Shown here in pieces: positions 1-10,621 of a stretch of DNA of 64,000 bases. A program made the translations under genes and the position numbers. The stretch is from positions 11,972 to 75,971 of the forward strand of contig CAVTNH010000007.1 of NCBI GenBank assembly GCA_963736025.1, read 5' to 3'. The notes under the pieces were generated by a model. The model saw only the letters and a list, made by a program, of their open reading frames with translations. It ran no database searches and was not told where the DNA came from. Source of the DNA: an uncultured Chloroflexia bacterium. GTDB lineage: Bacteria; Chloroflexota; Limnocylindria; Limnocylindrales; CSP1-4. How positions within the stretch are numbered: position 1 is the stretch's first letter; each line of letters begins with the position of its first letter.

Positions 1-786
1 CTGGCGGAACGCCGCGCCCGCGAACGGCACGCCCTCGTTCACCCAGCGGTACATCGCCTGCCAGCCTCGGACGTCGAAGTTGGGATCGCCCAGCTTGTCC
101 CACAGCTGGCGGTAGGTACCCATGTAGCTGGCCATCGGGTTGAGCAGCTTCGAGCCGATGTCCGGCACCTGTCCCGGTACCGTCGGGAACGTGTCGGTCA
201 TCAGCTCGATGGGGAAGACGCCACGGGCCGTCATCCGCCCGAACTGTCCGGCGTCCGAGAAATCGATCGGCGCGGTGAGCAGCACGAGGTTGCGGACAAC
301 CTCGGGATGGAGGGCCGCGAAGCAGGTCGCCAGGGCGCCACCGATGCAGTAGCCCAGGACCGTCATCTCGTCACTGCCGCTGGCCTTTTGGACGGCCTTC
401 GCGGCTCGAGGCAGGTAGCGGGTCACGAGCGTCGTGATGTCCAGCGCCCGATCCTCGTCCCCGGGCGTGCCCCAGTCGATGAGGAAGACGTCGAAGCCCT
501 CGCTCAGGAGGAATTCGACGAAGCTGGCCCCTGGACGCAGGTCAAGGATGTATGCCCTGTTGATGAGCGGCAGGACCAGGAAGACCGGCGTCCGGTGCGT
601 GGCCGGCTCAGTGCGCGTATAGCGATACAGGGCCGCCTTGTTCTTGCGCCAGATGAGCTCCTTCGGCGTGAGGCCGACTGGCGCGTCGGCCGAGCCGAGG
701 ATGGCTCGCGCCATGTCGAGGGCGCGATCGTTCGACGCCCACACGCTCGCGGCGTCGGGCCAGCTTGTCGGCGCGGTGGGCGTCAT
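1..786 (-). CDS. phaC: PHA synthase subunit PhaC (class III/IV type), runs off window start
   Basis: Hand translation from ATG 786: [20 protein letters not shown]...[40 protein letters not shown]...VLGYCIGG (lipase-box Cys). ATGA overlap with upstream stop. Confidence 0.92.
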   Translation of the reverse strand, partial: MTPTAPTSWPDAASVWASNDRALDMARAILGSADAPVGLTPKELIWRKNKAALYRYTRTEPATHRTPVFLVLPLINRAYILDLRPGASFVEFLLSEGFDVFLIDWGTPGDEDRALDITTLVTRYLPRAAKAVQKASGSDEMTVLGYCIGGALATCFAALHPEVVRNLVLLTAPIDFSDAGQFGRMTARGVFPIELMTDTFPTVPGQVPDIGSKLLNPMASYMGTYRQLWDKLGDPNFDVRGWQAMYRWVNEGVPFAGAAFRQ

Positions 787-1319
787 CGGGCGCTCTCCGC
801 GGGCTTCGCACGCCCGGCAGGCTTCGCGCGCTCCGCGGCTCCTGCTTGTCCCGCGGCTCCGGTCTTGCCCGTCGCTCCCTTGGGTCCGGTCTTGCCCGTC
901 GCTCCCTTGGGTCCGGTCTTGCCCGTCGCCCCCTTCGGTCCGACCCGTCCGGTCGGCCCAGCCGGCCCAGCCGGCCCCGCGGGCCCAGCGGGCACGGCCC
1001 GGACCGCGTCTTCGATCGCGTCGAGCCGATCGACGACCTGATCGACCTTCTCCTCGAGCCCGATGACGAGCTCGCCCAGCCGGGCGATGTCCTCCCGGGT
1101 CGGCACGTTCATCGACTCGAGATAGGTCCGCATGTTGTCGCGAACCGACTTCTGGGCAGCGAGCATGGTCTCGAGCATCTTCCCGCTCGATTCGCCGAAC
1201 TCGGGACTGCCCATGGCCTCCTCGAGGGCCGCGCTCCAGGCGCGTTCGTTCTTGTCGTACAGCTCGCGCCACGTCTCGAATGGATCCGTGGCTCGGCTTG
1301 TTCCTTCGGCCTTCGTCAT
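783..1319 (-). CDS. phaR: PHA synthase second subunit (PhaR/PhaE-like) with C-terminal collagen-like tail
   Basis: [14 protein letters not shown]...[28 protein letters not shown] resembles Bacillus PhaR. Translationally coupled to phaC. 17 Gly-X-Y triplets follow. Confidence 0.75.
   Translation of the reverse strand: MTKAEGTSRATDPFETWRELYDKNERAWSAALEEAMGSPEFGESSGKMLETMLAAQKSVRDNMRTYLESMNVPTREDIARLGELVIGLEEKVDQVVDRLDAIEDAVRAVPAGPAGPAGPAGPTGRVGPKGATGKTGPKGATGKTGPKGATGKTGAAGQAGAAERAKPAGRAKPAESAR
859..939 (-). repeat. Three 27-bp tandem repeats encoding (GPKGATGKT)3
   Basis: ccggtcttgcccgtcgctcccttgggt x2 plus one variant copy. Confidence 0.9.
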
Positions 1320-1896
1320 GCCGGTGTCTCCTTCTCGTTCGTCGGCTCGTCGGGCTGCTCGCGGCTCGAGGTCGGGCCGGCGCCGTACAGACCGAAGAAA
1401 CGGTCGATCGTATCGCGATAGGCGTTGAGCATCGCTGCCGAGGAGTCGAGCCAGACGTGGCCCGCGTCGGTGATCGAGTACACCCGTCGGGCGGGACCGG
1501 TCGGCCCCGGCTCCCACGTCGATTCGAGGAAGCCGTCCTTCTCCATCTGGCGGAGGGTCCGGTAGAGGGTGCTCATCGTGATCCCGAACAGGCCGAGCGC
1601 TCGCAGGTAGTCCTCGATCCCGTAGCCGTGCGACCGTTCGAGCGAGACAGCGAGCAGGACGAATGGCGCCAGGATGTCGCGCGGTGGCCAGCCGGGGAAG
1701 ACCTCGCGCTCGTCCGTCGGCTCGGCCGGGCGGTCGGGACCCGGGCTCGGCTCGTCGGCTGCGGCCGGCTCCTGCGCGGGACCTGGCTCCGTGTCCGGGG
1801 CGCCGCGCTCCGGGCGGCGGCGGGCTCGCGCCGGGCGATCTCCGGGGTCGGATCCGGCGCGGAGGGCTGGTCGGTCGTGGTCTGGCGGTCAGGCAT
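1316..1896 (-). CDS. phaQ: PadR-family regulator, PhaQ-like (frameshift in low-complexity N-terminus)
   Basis: [26 protein letters not shown]...[35 protein letters not shown]. Likely ATG 1896 is in another frame. Confidence 0.75.
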
Positions 1897-1940
1897 GTGC
1901 TCGTCTTTGCGTTGCTCGACTGGGTGGATCCAGCGGCGAT

Positions 1941-1974
1941 TTGACAATCCTATCACACTAAGTGCATACTGCAC
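1941..1974 (+). promoter_or_regulatory. Sigma70-like promoter of phasin gene with overlapping inverted repeat (candidate PhaQ operator)
   Basis: TTGACA(1941)-18 nt-CATACT(1965); GTGCA-tac-TGCAC at 1962-1974. Confidence 0.6.
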
Positions 1975-2028
1975 ATAGAGTTGTCGCGCAGATAGAGGCA
2001 GCTGGATAGTAGTCGAAGGAGGACCTCG

Positions 2029-2421
2029 ATGTCCACCACGATCAACGAAATGCCTGAGTCGGCAGCCGCTGCCGTCACGGAAGCCACCCGCATCGCCGCC
2101 CAGGCGGCCCGCAACGGTACCGAGACCGCCAAGGCTTCGATCGAAGCCGCGCGATCCTATGCCGACGACAGCAGCGCCCTCAGTCGGGACCTGCTCGGCA
2201 CCTGGTCCACCCAGAGCGAGTCGGTCCTCAAGACCGCGTTCGACGCGCAGAATGCCGCGATCGAGGCCGGTCTCGGCTTGTTCGATCTGGCCGTGAAGGG
2301 CAATCGGCAGGCCGTCGCGCAGTTCTCCGAGCTCGTCAAGCGAACCCAGAAGGCGACCCTCGAGACCTGGCAGACCACGGTCAAGGCGACCGCGAAGGCG
2401 ACCGAACCCAGCAAGCGCTGA
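2029..2421 (+). CDS. Phasin-like PHA granule-associated protein
   Basis: 130 aa Ala/Thr-rich amphipathic helical protein with AGGAGG RBS, located in pha locus. Confidence 0.65.
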   Translation: MSTTINEMPESAAAAVTEATRIAAQAARNGTETAKASIEAARSYADDSSALSRDLLGTWSTQSESVLKTAFDAQNAAIEAGLGLFDLAVKGNRQAVAQFSELVKRTQKATLETWQTTVKATAKATEPSKR

Positions 2422-2440
2422 GCGGCGCACATGACCATCG

Positions 2441-2467
2441 AGGTGGCCGGCGATCTGCCGGCCACCT
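2441..2467 (+). terminator. Hairpin after phasin gene (partial terminator or mRNA stabiliser)
   Basis: AGGTGGCCGGC-gatct-GCCGGCCACCT, 11-bp stem followed by TGTCT. Confidence 0.6.
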
Positions 2468-2503
2468 TGTCTGCGACCCGGCCACGTCGAGGAGGTTTCT
2501 GCG

Positions 2504-3265
2504 ATGACCGAACTGAAGGGCAGGACCTGCCTCGTCACCGGCGGATCGCGCGGCATCGGCCGCGCCATCGCTCTCGAATTCGGACGCCACGGGGCCTGTG
2601 TCGCCATCGGCTACCACTCCGATGACATCGGGCACCCACACGAGGAACACGCGAACGAGGTCGCCGCCGAGGTCGTGGCGTCCGGGGGACAGGCATTCCC
2701 CTTCGGCTGCGACGTGCGCGATCCCGCGACCATCGATTCGGCCGTCGCGAGCGTCGTCGAGCACTTCGGCACGATCGACGTGCTCGTCAACAACGCCGGG
2801 ATCACCCGTGACCGCTCGCTGGCGAAGATGTCGCAGGAGGAGTGGGACGAGGTCATCCAGACCAACCTGACGAGCGTCTTCCACATGACCACACGGGTGC
2901 TCCCGCACATGGTCCAGGCGGGGTACGGCCGCATCGTCAACATCAGCTCCGTGATCGGCCTCCACGGCAATTTCGGCCAGGCCAACTACGCCGCCGCGAA
3001 GGCGGGGATCGTCGGTTTCACGAAGTCCGCGGCGCTCGAGCTCGCCCGCAAGGGTGTGACGGTCAACGCGATCGCGCCGGGCTTCATCGAGACGCAGATG
3101 ATCGCGGCCATGCCGGACGAGGTCCGCGCCGCGATCCTGGCGAAGATCCCGATGGGCCGGTTCGGACGTCCGGAGGAGATCGCCCAGACGGTCGCCTTCC
3201 TCGTCACGAGCGGCGACTACATCACCGGCCAGGTGATCGCGGTCGACGGCGGGCTGTACACGTAG
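2504..3265 (+). CDS. phaB: Acetoacetyl-CoA reductase (SDR, PhaB/FabG family)
   Basis: TGGSRGIG, NNAGITRD, GQANYAAAK motifs; pha context. Confidence 0.85.
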   Translation: MTELKGRTCLVTGGSRGIGRAIALEFGRHGACVAIGYHSDDIGHPHEEHANEVAAEVVASGGQAFPFGCDVRDPATIDSAVASVVEHFGTIDVLVNNAGITRDRSLAKMSQEEWDEVIQTNLTSVFHMTTRVLPHMVQAGYGRIVNISSVIGLHGNFGQANYAAAKAGIVGFTKSAALELARKGVTVNAIAPGFIETQMIAAMPDEVRAAILAKIPMGRFGRPEEIAQTVAFLVTSGDYITGQVIAVDGGLYT

Positions 3266-3334
3266 GTCCCGCCCCGGCGGACGTGACGCCCCCGGCTCTG
3301 AAGACGAACCATGAGACAAGCGAGGAGGACCACG

Positions 3335-4577
3335 ATGGCTGAGATGACCCAGGCGGGCCGCAATGGAGACGTCTACCTCATCAGCGCTGCCCGGACGCCG
3401 ATCGGCAAGTTCGGTGGCGGGTTGGCCGGTGTTCCGGCCGTCGAACTCGGCGGTGTCGCGATCCGAGCCGCGGTCGAGCGAGCTGGACTTCCGGAAGGGC
3501 ACCACGATCGACGAGGTCCTCATGGGCCAGGTCATCCAGGCTGGCGCCGGCCAGGCCCCGGCCCGTCAGGCGGCCCTGCTCGGTGGGCTGCCCGCGACGA
3601 CGAGCGCAACGACGATCAACAAGGTCTGCGGCTCGGGCATGAAGGCGATCATGCTCGGCGCCGCCGAGATCCGGGCTGGTGACGCCGATGTCGTCGTCGC
3701 CGGCGGGATGGAGAGCATGAACGGCGCGCCGTACCTGCTGCCGCAGGCCCGTTTCGGCTATCGGCTGGGCGACGGGGCGCTGGTCGACGCGACCGTGCAC
3801 GACGCCCTGTGGTGCGCGGTCGAGGAGTGCCATGTCGGCACCCACGCCGAGCGTGTCGCCATCAGCAACCACGTCAGCCGCGAGGACCAGGACGAGTTCG
3901 CGCTGCGCAGCCACCAGCGCGCGATCGCGGCCATGGACGCAGGTCGCTTCGACGCCGAGCTCGCCCCGGTGACCGTCCGTGACGCCAAGGGCCGCGAGAC
4001 GGTGGTCGCCCTCGACGAAGGACCCCGTCGCGACTCGTCCATCGAGGCCCTTGCCCGACTCAAGCCAGTCTTCCCCCTGCCCGAAGGCGACGATCGCCAA
4101 AGCGCGACCAGCGGGACAGCCACCGCCGGCAACGTCCCCGGCATCACGGACGGCGGCGCGGCCACCGTCCTGGCCAGCGAACGGACCGTCGAGCGATACG
4201 GCCTCAAGCCGCTCGCCCGGATCGTCGGCTACGCCCAGGCGGACATCGAGGCGAAGTGGCTCTTCCTCGCCCCTGTCCATGGCGTTCGCCGGCTCCTCGA
4301 TCGGATCGAGATGCCGATCGAAGCCTTCGACCTGATCGAGATCAACGAGGCGTTTGCCGCCCAGGTCGTCGCCGACGGCCGGGAGCTCGGCTTCGACTGG
4401 GACAAGGTGAACGTCAACGGCGGCGCGATCGCCCTTGGCCACCCCGTCGGGGCATCCGGAGCCCGGGTCGTCGCGACCCTGCTCCACGAGCTCAAGCGGC
4501 GCGAGGGCCGCTACGGCCTGGCGACCCTGTGCCTCGGCGGCGGCGGCGCCGTGGCGATGGCTTTCGAACGCGTCTGA
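3335..4577 (+). CDS. phaA: Acetyl-CoA C-acetyltransferase (thiolase), frameshift near 3495
   Basis: SAARTPIGKFGG, NKVCGSG, NEAFA, GHPVGASG, CLGGG. Confidence 0.9.
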
Positions 4578-4590
4578 GGCCGGCGACGGG

Positions 4591-5867
4591 TCAGATCGTG
4601 TTCGGGATCGGGCAGACGAAGGCGGGCGCGACGCGTCGCGGCGAGGCCGTGCGCCTGCCGCTGCGGCTGTCGCATCCTGGACGACGAGGGCCGTGACCAT
4701 GCCGAACATCCCGTCCTGCGCCTCGGCGTGCTGGAGGATGTGGCAGTGGAACGCCCAGGCCCCGGGCTCGTCGCACGTGATGACGACGTCCCAGCGCTCG
4801 CCGGGGTTGACGCCGAGGGTGTCGCACGTGAAGGCCGCGCCACCGAGCGGGTAGCCGTCCCGGGCGACGACCCGCATCGGCATCCCGTGGAGGTGCCACG
4901 GATGCATCATGTTGCCCTCGTTCATGAACCGGATGACGATCGTGTCGCCCAGGGTGGCGACGATCGGCGCCGTCGCCGGGAAGCCCCGGCCGTTGATCGT
5001 GAACCCGCCCAGCGCGTCGTTGCTGATCCAGACGATGTCCTGGGTCGCCCCGTAGAGGCGGTCGTAGCGCTGTGCCGGGTCCTTCGGCTCGACGATGAAG
5101 GCCCCGAGGAGGCCCCGCCCGACCTGGTCGGTCGCGTTGTGGTGCGAGTGGTACATGTGCGACCCGGGCGTGCGCGCCACGAACTCGTAGGTGAAGCTCG
5201 CGCCCGGCTCGATCGGCTCCTGGGTGATGTGCGGCACGCCGTCCATGGCGTTCGGCAGCTTCTGGCCGTGGAAGTGGATGCCGGTCGACTCGTGCATGTT
5301 GTTCTTGAACGTCGCGCGGACCGTGTCGCCCTCGATGACCGTCAGTCGAGGACCCGGCCACGTCCCGTTGAATCCGAGGGCCTTGACGGGGTCCTTCTGC
5401 GCATCGATGCGGTGGTCCATCTCCTCGATCGTGAGCTCGAAGACCTTCACGCCGTCCACGACCGTCGGCTCGAGCGGCTGGTTGCCGTAGCCCTCGACCT
5501 GGGTGGCCTCGCCGCCGAGGAACCGGTCGACGGCGGCCTTCGCCATGGCGTCGTGGTCGACCGGCGCACCCGATGGCGACGGCGACGCCGAGGCGGCGGG
5601 CTCATGCGACGCGTCGTGGGAGGGCGCGACCGAGGGCGCCTGGCTGGCGGCCGGCGGCGTCGTCGCCGCGGGAGCCGCGGTCGTCGTCCCGTAGACCCAG
5701 CGGGACGCGGACCCGGTCGCGGCCGGCGCGCAGGCGGCGATCGTCGCGGCGACGAGACCGCCGCCGGTCAGGGCGCCGGCACGCAGCAGGCCGCGGCGGG
5801 TCATCGCGCGGTCGAACGGAAGGGTGGAGTCAGGGGCGGACGGTTCGGGTGCGGGCTGCATATCCAT
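4591..5867 (-). CDS. Tat-exported two-domain multicopper oxidase (probable lipoprotein), frameshift near C-terminus
   Basis: TRRGLL Tat motif and IAAC; Cu motifs HFHG, MYHSH, HPWHLHG, FHCHILQHAE..GM. Confidence 0.85.
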
Positions 5868-5990
5868 GGGCGGAGTATCCGGCTCGAGCGCGCCGGGGTC
5901 CACATGCCGGTCGGCCTGCGGGGACGGTCCGTGTGGCACCTGCCGGGTCCGCCGCGTCGGCCGACGATAACGGCCAAGGAGGCGATACCC

Positions 5991-6923
5991 ATGAGGGCGC
6001 TTCTCGCCATCGACGGATCGGACGCCTCGAACCGTGCGGTCGACGCCGCGGCGGCGATGGCGTGGCCCAAGGATGCGATGCTCGAGATCGTCAGCGTCAT
6101 CCCGACCGATGCCGAGCTCTTCGGCGGGCCATGGCCGGCGGCCGCGTACGTTCAGTCCAGCGCGGTCCGCGCAGAGCTCTCGAGTGAACTCGGCCGTCAG
6201 TTGGCGGGTGCAGCGGATGCTGTCGGTCGACCTGGACTCGACGTCGCGACGACCCTCGCGGAGGGCCGCCCCGCGTCGGAGATCGTGCGTCGGGCGAACC
6301 AGGATGCCGTCGACCTCGTCATCGTCGGCGCTCGCGGCCACGGCACACTCGAGCGGATGGTGCTTGGCTCCGTGTCGGCCGAGGTTGTCGAGCGGGCACC
6401 GTGCCCGGTCCTCGTTGCGCGCGGTGCCGCGACAGGTCGGATCGTCGTCGGCGTTGACGGCTCGTCCGCCTCGCTGTTCGCCGTCGAGTTCCTGGGCGCC
6501 TGTGGGCTATGGCGGGACGCGACGGTGCGGTCGACGACCGTCATCGACGTGCCAGCCGCATGGTGGCTCGGCATCACGCCCGTCGATGCGGTGGTGTCGC
6601 CAGGCACGTATGTGTCCGTCCAAGCGGAAGCGACCGCTCATGCATGGGACATGGCGAACGACGCAGTCGCTCGCCTTGCCGCGGACGGCTTTGTGGCCGA
6701 TGCCGCGGTCCGCGAGGGCGATGCCGCCGGTGGCCTCATCGCGGAGGCGGCCACGTGGGGCGCCGGTCTGATCGTCGTCGGGACCCGGGGTCATGGGCTC
6801 CTCAAGCGCCTCCTCATGGGTAGCACGGCCCGCAACGTCCTGCACCACGCACCCATGTCGGTTCTGATCGTCCGCCCAGGCGAAGACGGCGGCGACCCCG
6901 CACCGAAAGGAACACATCGATGA
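5991..6923 (+). CDS. Universal stress protein, two USP domains
   Basis: LLAIDGS...DLVIVGARG..LGSVS and VGVDGS...LIVVGTRG..LMGSTA; AAGGAGG RBS. Confidence 0.9.
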   Translation: MRALLAIDGSDASNRAVDAAAAMAWPKDAMLEIVSVIPTDAELFGGPWPAAAYVQSSAVRAELSSELGRQLAGAADAVGRPGLDVATTLAEGRPASEIVRRANQDAVDLVIVGARGHGTLERMVLGSVSAEVVERAPCPVLVARGAATGRIVVGVDGSSASLFAVEFLGACGLWRDATVRSTTVIDVPAAWWLGITPVDAVVSPGTYVSVQAEATAHAWDMANDAVARLAADGFVADAAVREGDAAGGLIAEAATWGAGLIVVGTRGHGLLKRLLMGSTARNVLHHAPMSVLIVRPGEDGGDPAPKGTHR

Positions 6924-6998
6924 GCCGGCCATTGGGGGAATCGCCGGCCGGGCAGCGAGCAACGCCCGCTCGCGACGTCGCCTGTCGCTAGCTGACGG

Positions 6999-7674
6999 TC
7001 ACTCGCCGGGGTGGGTCTTGAGGCGGGCCACGTACGCGGCCGCCTGGGCTCGTCGCTCGAGGTTGAGCTTGGAGAGGATCGAGCTGACGTAGTTCTTGAC
7101 GGTCTTGTCCGAGAGGAAGATCTCCGCCGCGATCTCCTTGTTGGTCATGCCGTCGGCGACGAGCGCGAGGATCTTGCGCTCCTGCTGGGTCAGGGCGGCG
7201 AGCTCGTCGGGCTGGTCGGACGTGGCGATGCGGCGCATGCGCTCGAGGACCTTGCCGGTCACGGCCGGGTCGAGGAGTGACTCGCCGCGCCCGACCGCCT
7301 CGAGGGCGGCCACGAGGTCGCGCGCCCGGACCTGCTTGAGCAGGTAGCCGCTGGCGCCGGCGATGATCGCGGCGAGGACCGCCTCCTCGTCCGGGTAGCT
7401 CGTGAGCATCATCACGCGGGTCGCGGGAAGGGTGGCCCGGATCTCGCGGCACGCCTCGATGCCCGAGCCGTCGGGCAGCCGGACGTCCATCACGACAAGG
7501 TCCGGCTGGAACCGGCCCGTCACCTCGATCGCCTCGGCGACCGATGCCCGCCTCGCCGACGACCTGGAAGCCCGGGCGGCGATCGAGCATCGCGACGAGT
7601 CCCTGGCGGACCACCTCGTGGTCATCGACGACCACGACGGTCAGGGTCCGCGGGGTGGTCGGCTCGGTCGTCAT
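6999..7674 (-). CDS. NarL/DevR(DosR)-like response regulator, frameshift near 7545
   Basis: VVDDHEVVRQG, DVRLPDGSG, LuxR HTH TNKEIAAEIFLSDKTVKNYVSSILSKL. Confidence 0.9.
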
Positions 7675-8828
7675 CGATGACCCTCGTTCGGCAGCGTGAT
7701 CGAGATCTCGGTCCCGGATCCGGGCTCGCTCGAGACGTCGAGCCTCGCGCCGAGCCCGGTCGCCCGGGATCGCATGTTGGCGAGGCCCTGATGCCCCATG
7801 GGCGGGCCGGTGGATACGTCGAATCCGCGCCCATTGTCGCGCACCGAGAGGCGCAGGACGCCGTCCGGGTCGGCCGATGTCTCCACCCACACGCGCGACG
7901 CCAGTGCGTGGCGGACCACGTTGCTGAGCGCCTCGTTGACGATCCCGAGCAGGTGCGCGGTCACGTCTGGGGACGGTTCCCAGCCGGGCCCGTCGCGAAC
8001 CAGCTCGATGTCGATCATCGAGTTGTGCCGGAACTCGTCGACCAGCGCGGCCAGCCCGTCGTCGAACGACAGGCCGCCCAGCAGGTCCGGCCGAAGGCCG
8101 AGGATGAAGTTGCGGATGTCGCGGATGGCCAGGTGCAGGCTGTCGATCGCCCGCTCGACGCGGCGGACCACCTCGGCGGGGTCCTCCTCCATCAGGTCCG
8201 GCACGTCCTCGAGCGAGAGGCCGACGGCATAGATGTTCTGGATGATGCCGTCGTGGAGGTCCTTGCCGATGCGCTCTCGCTCCTCGATGACCGCCAGGCT
8301 CCGAACCAGCTCGTGCAGCCGGGCGTTCTCGATCGCGATCCCCGCGTGGCGGGCGAAGAACTCGACGACCTCCTGGTCTGCCTCGGTGAACGGACCGCCG
8401 CCCGTCTTGTCCGTGAAGTAGAGGTTGCCGACGGAGCGCCCCTTCACGCTGACCGGGACCCCCAGGAAGGTCGTCATCGGCGGATGGTTCGGCGGGAACC
8501 CGTACCGCCGCGGGTCGACGTTGATGTCGGGGATCCGGAATGGGCGGTTCTCCTCGATGATGAGCCCGAGGAAGCCATGGCCCCGTGGGATGGCACCGAT
8601 CCGCGCTCGGGTCTCGGGGTCCATCCCGCTCGTGATGAACCGCTCGATGACGCCGTGCTCATCGACGATCCCAAGAGCGGCGTACTGGGCACCGACGAGG
8701 GGACGGACCTGGTCGACGATGACCTGGAGGACCTCCTCGACCGAGAGCACTCCGGCGACCGCACGCGTCGCGGCATCGAGCGCTTCGAAGACCTGGAGCT
8801 GGGTCAGATCGCCGGCACGGTCGGTCAT
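7671..8828 (-). CDS. GAF sensor histidine kinase, DevS/DosS-like
   Basis: GFPPNHPPMTTFLGVP GAF motif; ERERIGKDLHD HisKA_3; EALSNVVRHA, DNGRGF. Confidence 0.9.
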   Translation of the reverse strand: MTDRAGDLTQLQVFEALDAATRAVAGVLSVEEVLQVIVDQVRPLVGAQYAALGIVDEHGVIERFITSGMDPETRARIGAIPRGHGFLGLIIEENRPFRIPDINVDPRRYGFPPNHPPMTTFLGVPVSVKGRSVGNLYFTDKTGGGPFTEADQEVVEFFARHAGIAIENARLHELVRSLAVIEERERIGKDLHDGIIQNIYAVGLSLEDVPDLMEEDPAEVVRRVERAIDSLHLAIRDIRNFILGLRPDLLGGLSFDDGLAALVDEFRHNSMIDIELVRDGPGWEPSPDVTAHLLGIVNEALSNVVRHALASRVWVETSADPDGVLRLSVRDNGRGFDVSTGPPMGHQGLANMRSRATGLGARLDVSSEPGSGTEISITLPNEGHR

Positions 8829-8947
8829 CGCCGTCGAGCGTAGCAGCCGTCGTGGGCGATGGGGCCGCCGGGCGACCTCCGTCGCGCGGGCGCACACCCC
8901 TTGGTACGGCCCACGTTCGGGACGTGCGAGGGAGTGACACCGAGCGC

Positions 8948-10621
8948 ATGACCCGCGACGATGTCCCGACGTTGAGAGGCTCCACCATCCGACGCTTCCC
9001 GTTCCTGCTGATCGTCGCCGTGCTCGTCGCCGGGGGGCTGCTGACGGTCCCAGCCGAGGCCGTGCGTGCCGCGACGCTCCCGGATCCGCCCGCCGCCTGG
9101 CCGTCGGATCGTGTCGAGCTCGGTCTGGCCGATGCACCGGGCGGGGCTGCGTCTCTCCGGGCCTCGGCCGACTTCGCGTTCCGCTACCAGTACCTCGCAG
9201 GGGGCGTGAACACAGGCAACGGCTGGTCCACGTGGAACACGAACGGCCAGTTCGTGACGTGGTATGTCGAGGACTCGGCCGACCACGGCATGACCCCGGT
9301 CTTCCCGTACTACATGCTCCTGCAGTCGAACCCGTCGAGCGGCGGCGACGAGAAGGCCAGGGACCTCTCCAACCTCGCGAACACCTCGACGATGGCCGCC
9401 CTGTACGCGGACCTCCGGCTGTTCTTCCAGCGGGCGGCAGGCAGCACCACCGTCGTCCTCCACGTGGAGCCGGACCTGTGGGGCTACATCGAGCAGGCCT
9501 CGACCGGCGACGACGCGACCACGATCCCGGCCTCGGTCGCGAGCTCGGGCGACAGCGATCTGGCCGGCCTGCCGAACAACGCATCGGGGTTCGCCCGGGC
9601 CGTCGTGCGCCTCCGCGACCTCTACGCCCCGAACGTGCTGCTGGCGTATCACCTCTCGGTGTGGGGCACGAACTGGGACATCGCGTACTCGAACAGCCCC
9701 AACGCGCAGGTCGACGAGCTGGCCGGCCGCGCGGCCGACTTCTACGGGTCCCTCGGCGCGGACTTCGATCTCACGTTCACCGACATCGCCGATCGCGATG
9801 CGTCGTTCAAGGAGATCGTGTACGGGGACGGCGGGGCGTCTCGCTGGGATGGCGCCGACTTCGTCCGGTACGCGCGGTTCATCGCCGGCTATGTCGCCGG
9901 GACGGGGCACCGCGTCGTCGTCTGGCAGATCCCGCTCGGCAACACGAAGATGCGCTCGCAGAACAACACCTGGGGCCACTACCAGGACAACCGCGCGGAG
10001 TGGTTCCTCGAGGATCCGGGCGGCACCCACCTCGCACTCTGGCGTGACGCCGGGGTCGTGGCCCTGCTCTTCGGCGGTGGCGCGGGCGGCACGACCTGTG
10101 CGTGCGACGGAGAAGGCGACGGCGTCACCAACCCGGCCGCCATCAACGGCAACAGCCGGGTCGCGCTCTCCGCCGACGACGATGGCGGCTACTTCAAGGA
10201 ACGGGCCGGCGCCTACTACGCGTCCGGCGGCCTCAGCCTCGTGTCCGGGTCGCCCGCGCCACCGGTCGCGCCGCCGCCGCCGAACCCACCGATCAAGTGG
10301 TCGAGGACGGCCTCGGTCAAGCCGACGAGCGTCACCCGCAAGCACTCGGTCACGCTGACCATCCGCGTCAGCGCCTCGCGGGCGACCAAGGCGATGGTCG
10401 ACATCCGCATCTACGACCCGAAGGGCAAACGCGTCCTCCGGCGCTACTACGACGCCCGGTCGTTCACGGCCGGCGTGCGGCGGACCTTCAAGCCGACCTT
10501 CTACGTGTCGTCTGCCCGCCGCATCGGCACGTACCACATCACCATCCGCATCTACACGGTCGGCGGCAAGAAGCTGCTCTCGAAGAAGCCGGACGCGGCG
10601 ACCTTCCGCGTCAGGCGCTGA
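8948..10621 (+). CDS. Secreted protein, probable glycoside-hydrolase-like barrel with Pro linker and basic C-terminal beta domain
   Basis: Signal peptide, aromatic-rich core (LHVEPDLWGY), PAPPVAPPPPNPP linker, Lys/Arg-rich tail. Confidence 0.55.
   Translation: MTRDDVPTLRGSTIRRFPFLLIVAVLVAGGLLTVPAEAVRAATLPDPPAAWPSDRVELGLADAPGGAASLRASADFAFRYQYLAGGVNTGNGWSTWNTNGQFVTWYVEDSADHGMTPVFPYYMLLQSNPSSGGDEKARDLSNLANTSTMAALYADLRLFFQRAAGSTTVVLHVEPDLWGYIEQASTGDDATTIPASVASSGDSDLAGLPNNASGFARAVVRLRDLYAPNVLLAYHLSVWGTNWDIAYSNSPNAQVDELAGRAADFYGSLGADFDLTFTDIADRDASFKEIVYGDGGASRWDGADFVRYARFIAGYVAGTGHRVVVWQIPLGNTKMRSQNNTWGHYQDNRAEWFLEDPGGTHLALWRDAGVVALLFGGGAGGTTCACDGEGDGVTNPAAINGNSRVALSADDDGGYFKERAGAYYASGGLSLVSGSPAPPVAPPPPNPPIKWSRTASVKPTSVTRKHSVTLTIRVSASRATKAMVDIRIYDPKGKRVLRRYYDARSFTAGVRRTFKPTFYVSSARRIGTYHITIRIYTVGGKKLLSKKPDAATFRVRR

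Noticed and set aside
3381-6341. 986-aa and other long Arg/Pro/Gly-rich ORFs in the track
   Set aside because: These are shadow or read-through ORFs expected at this GC content, overlapping well-supported genes.
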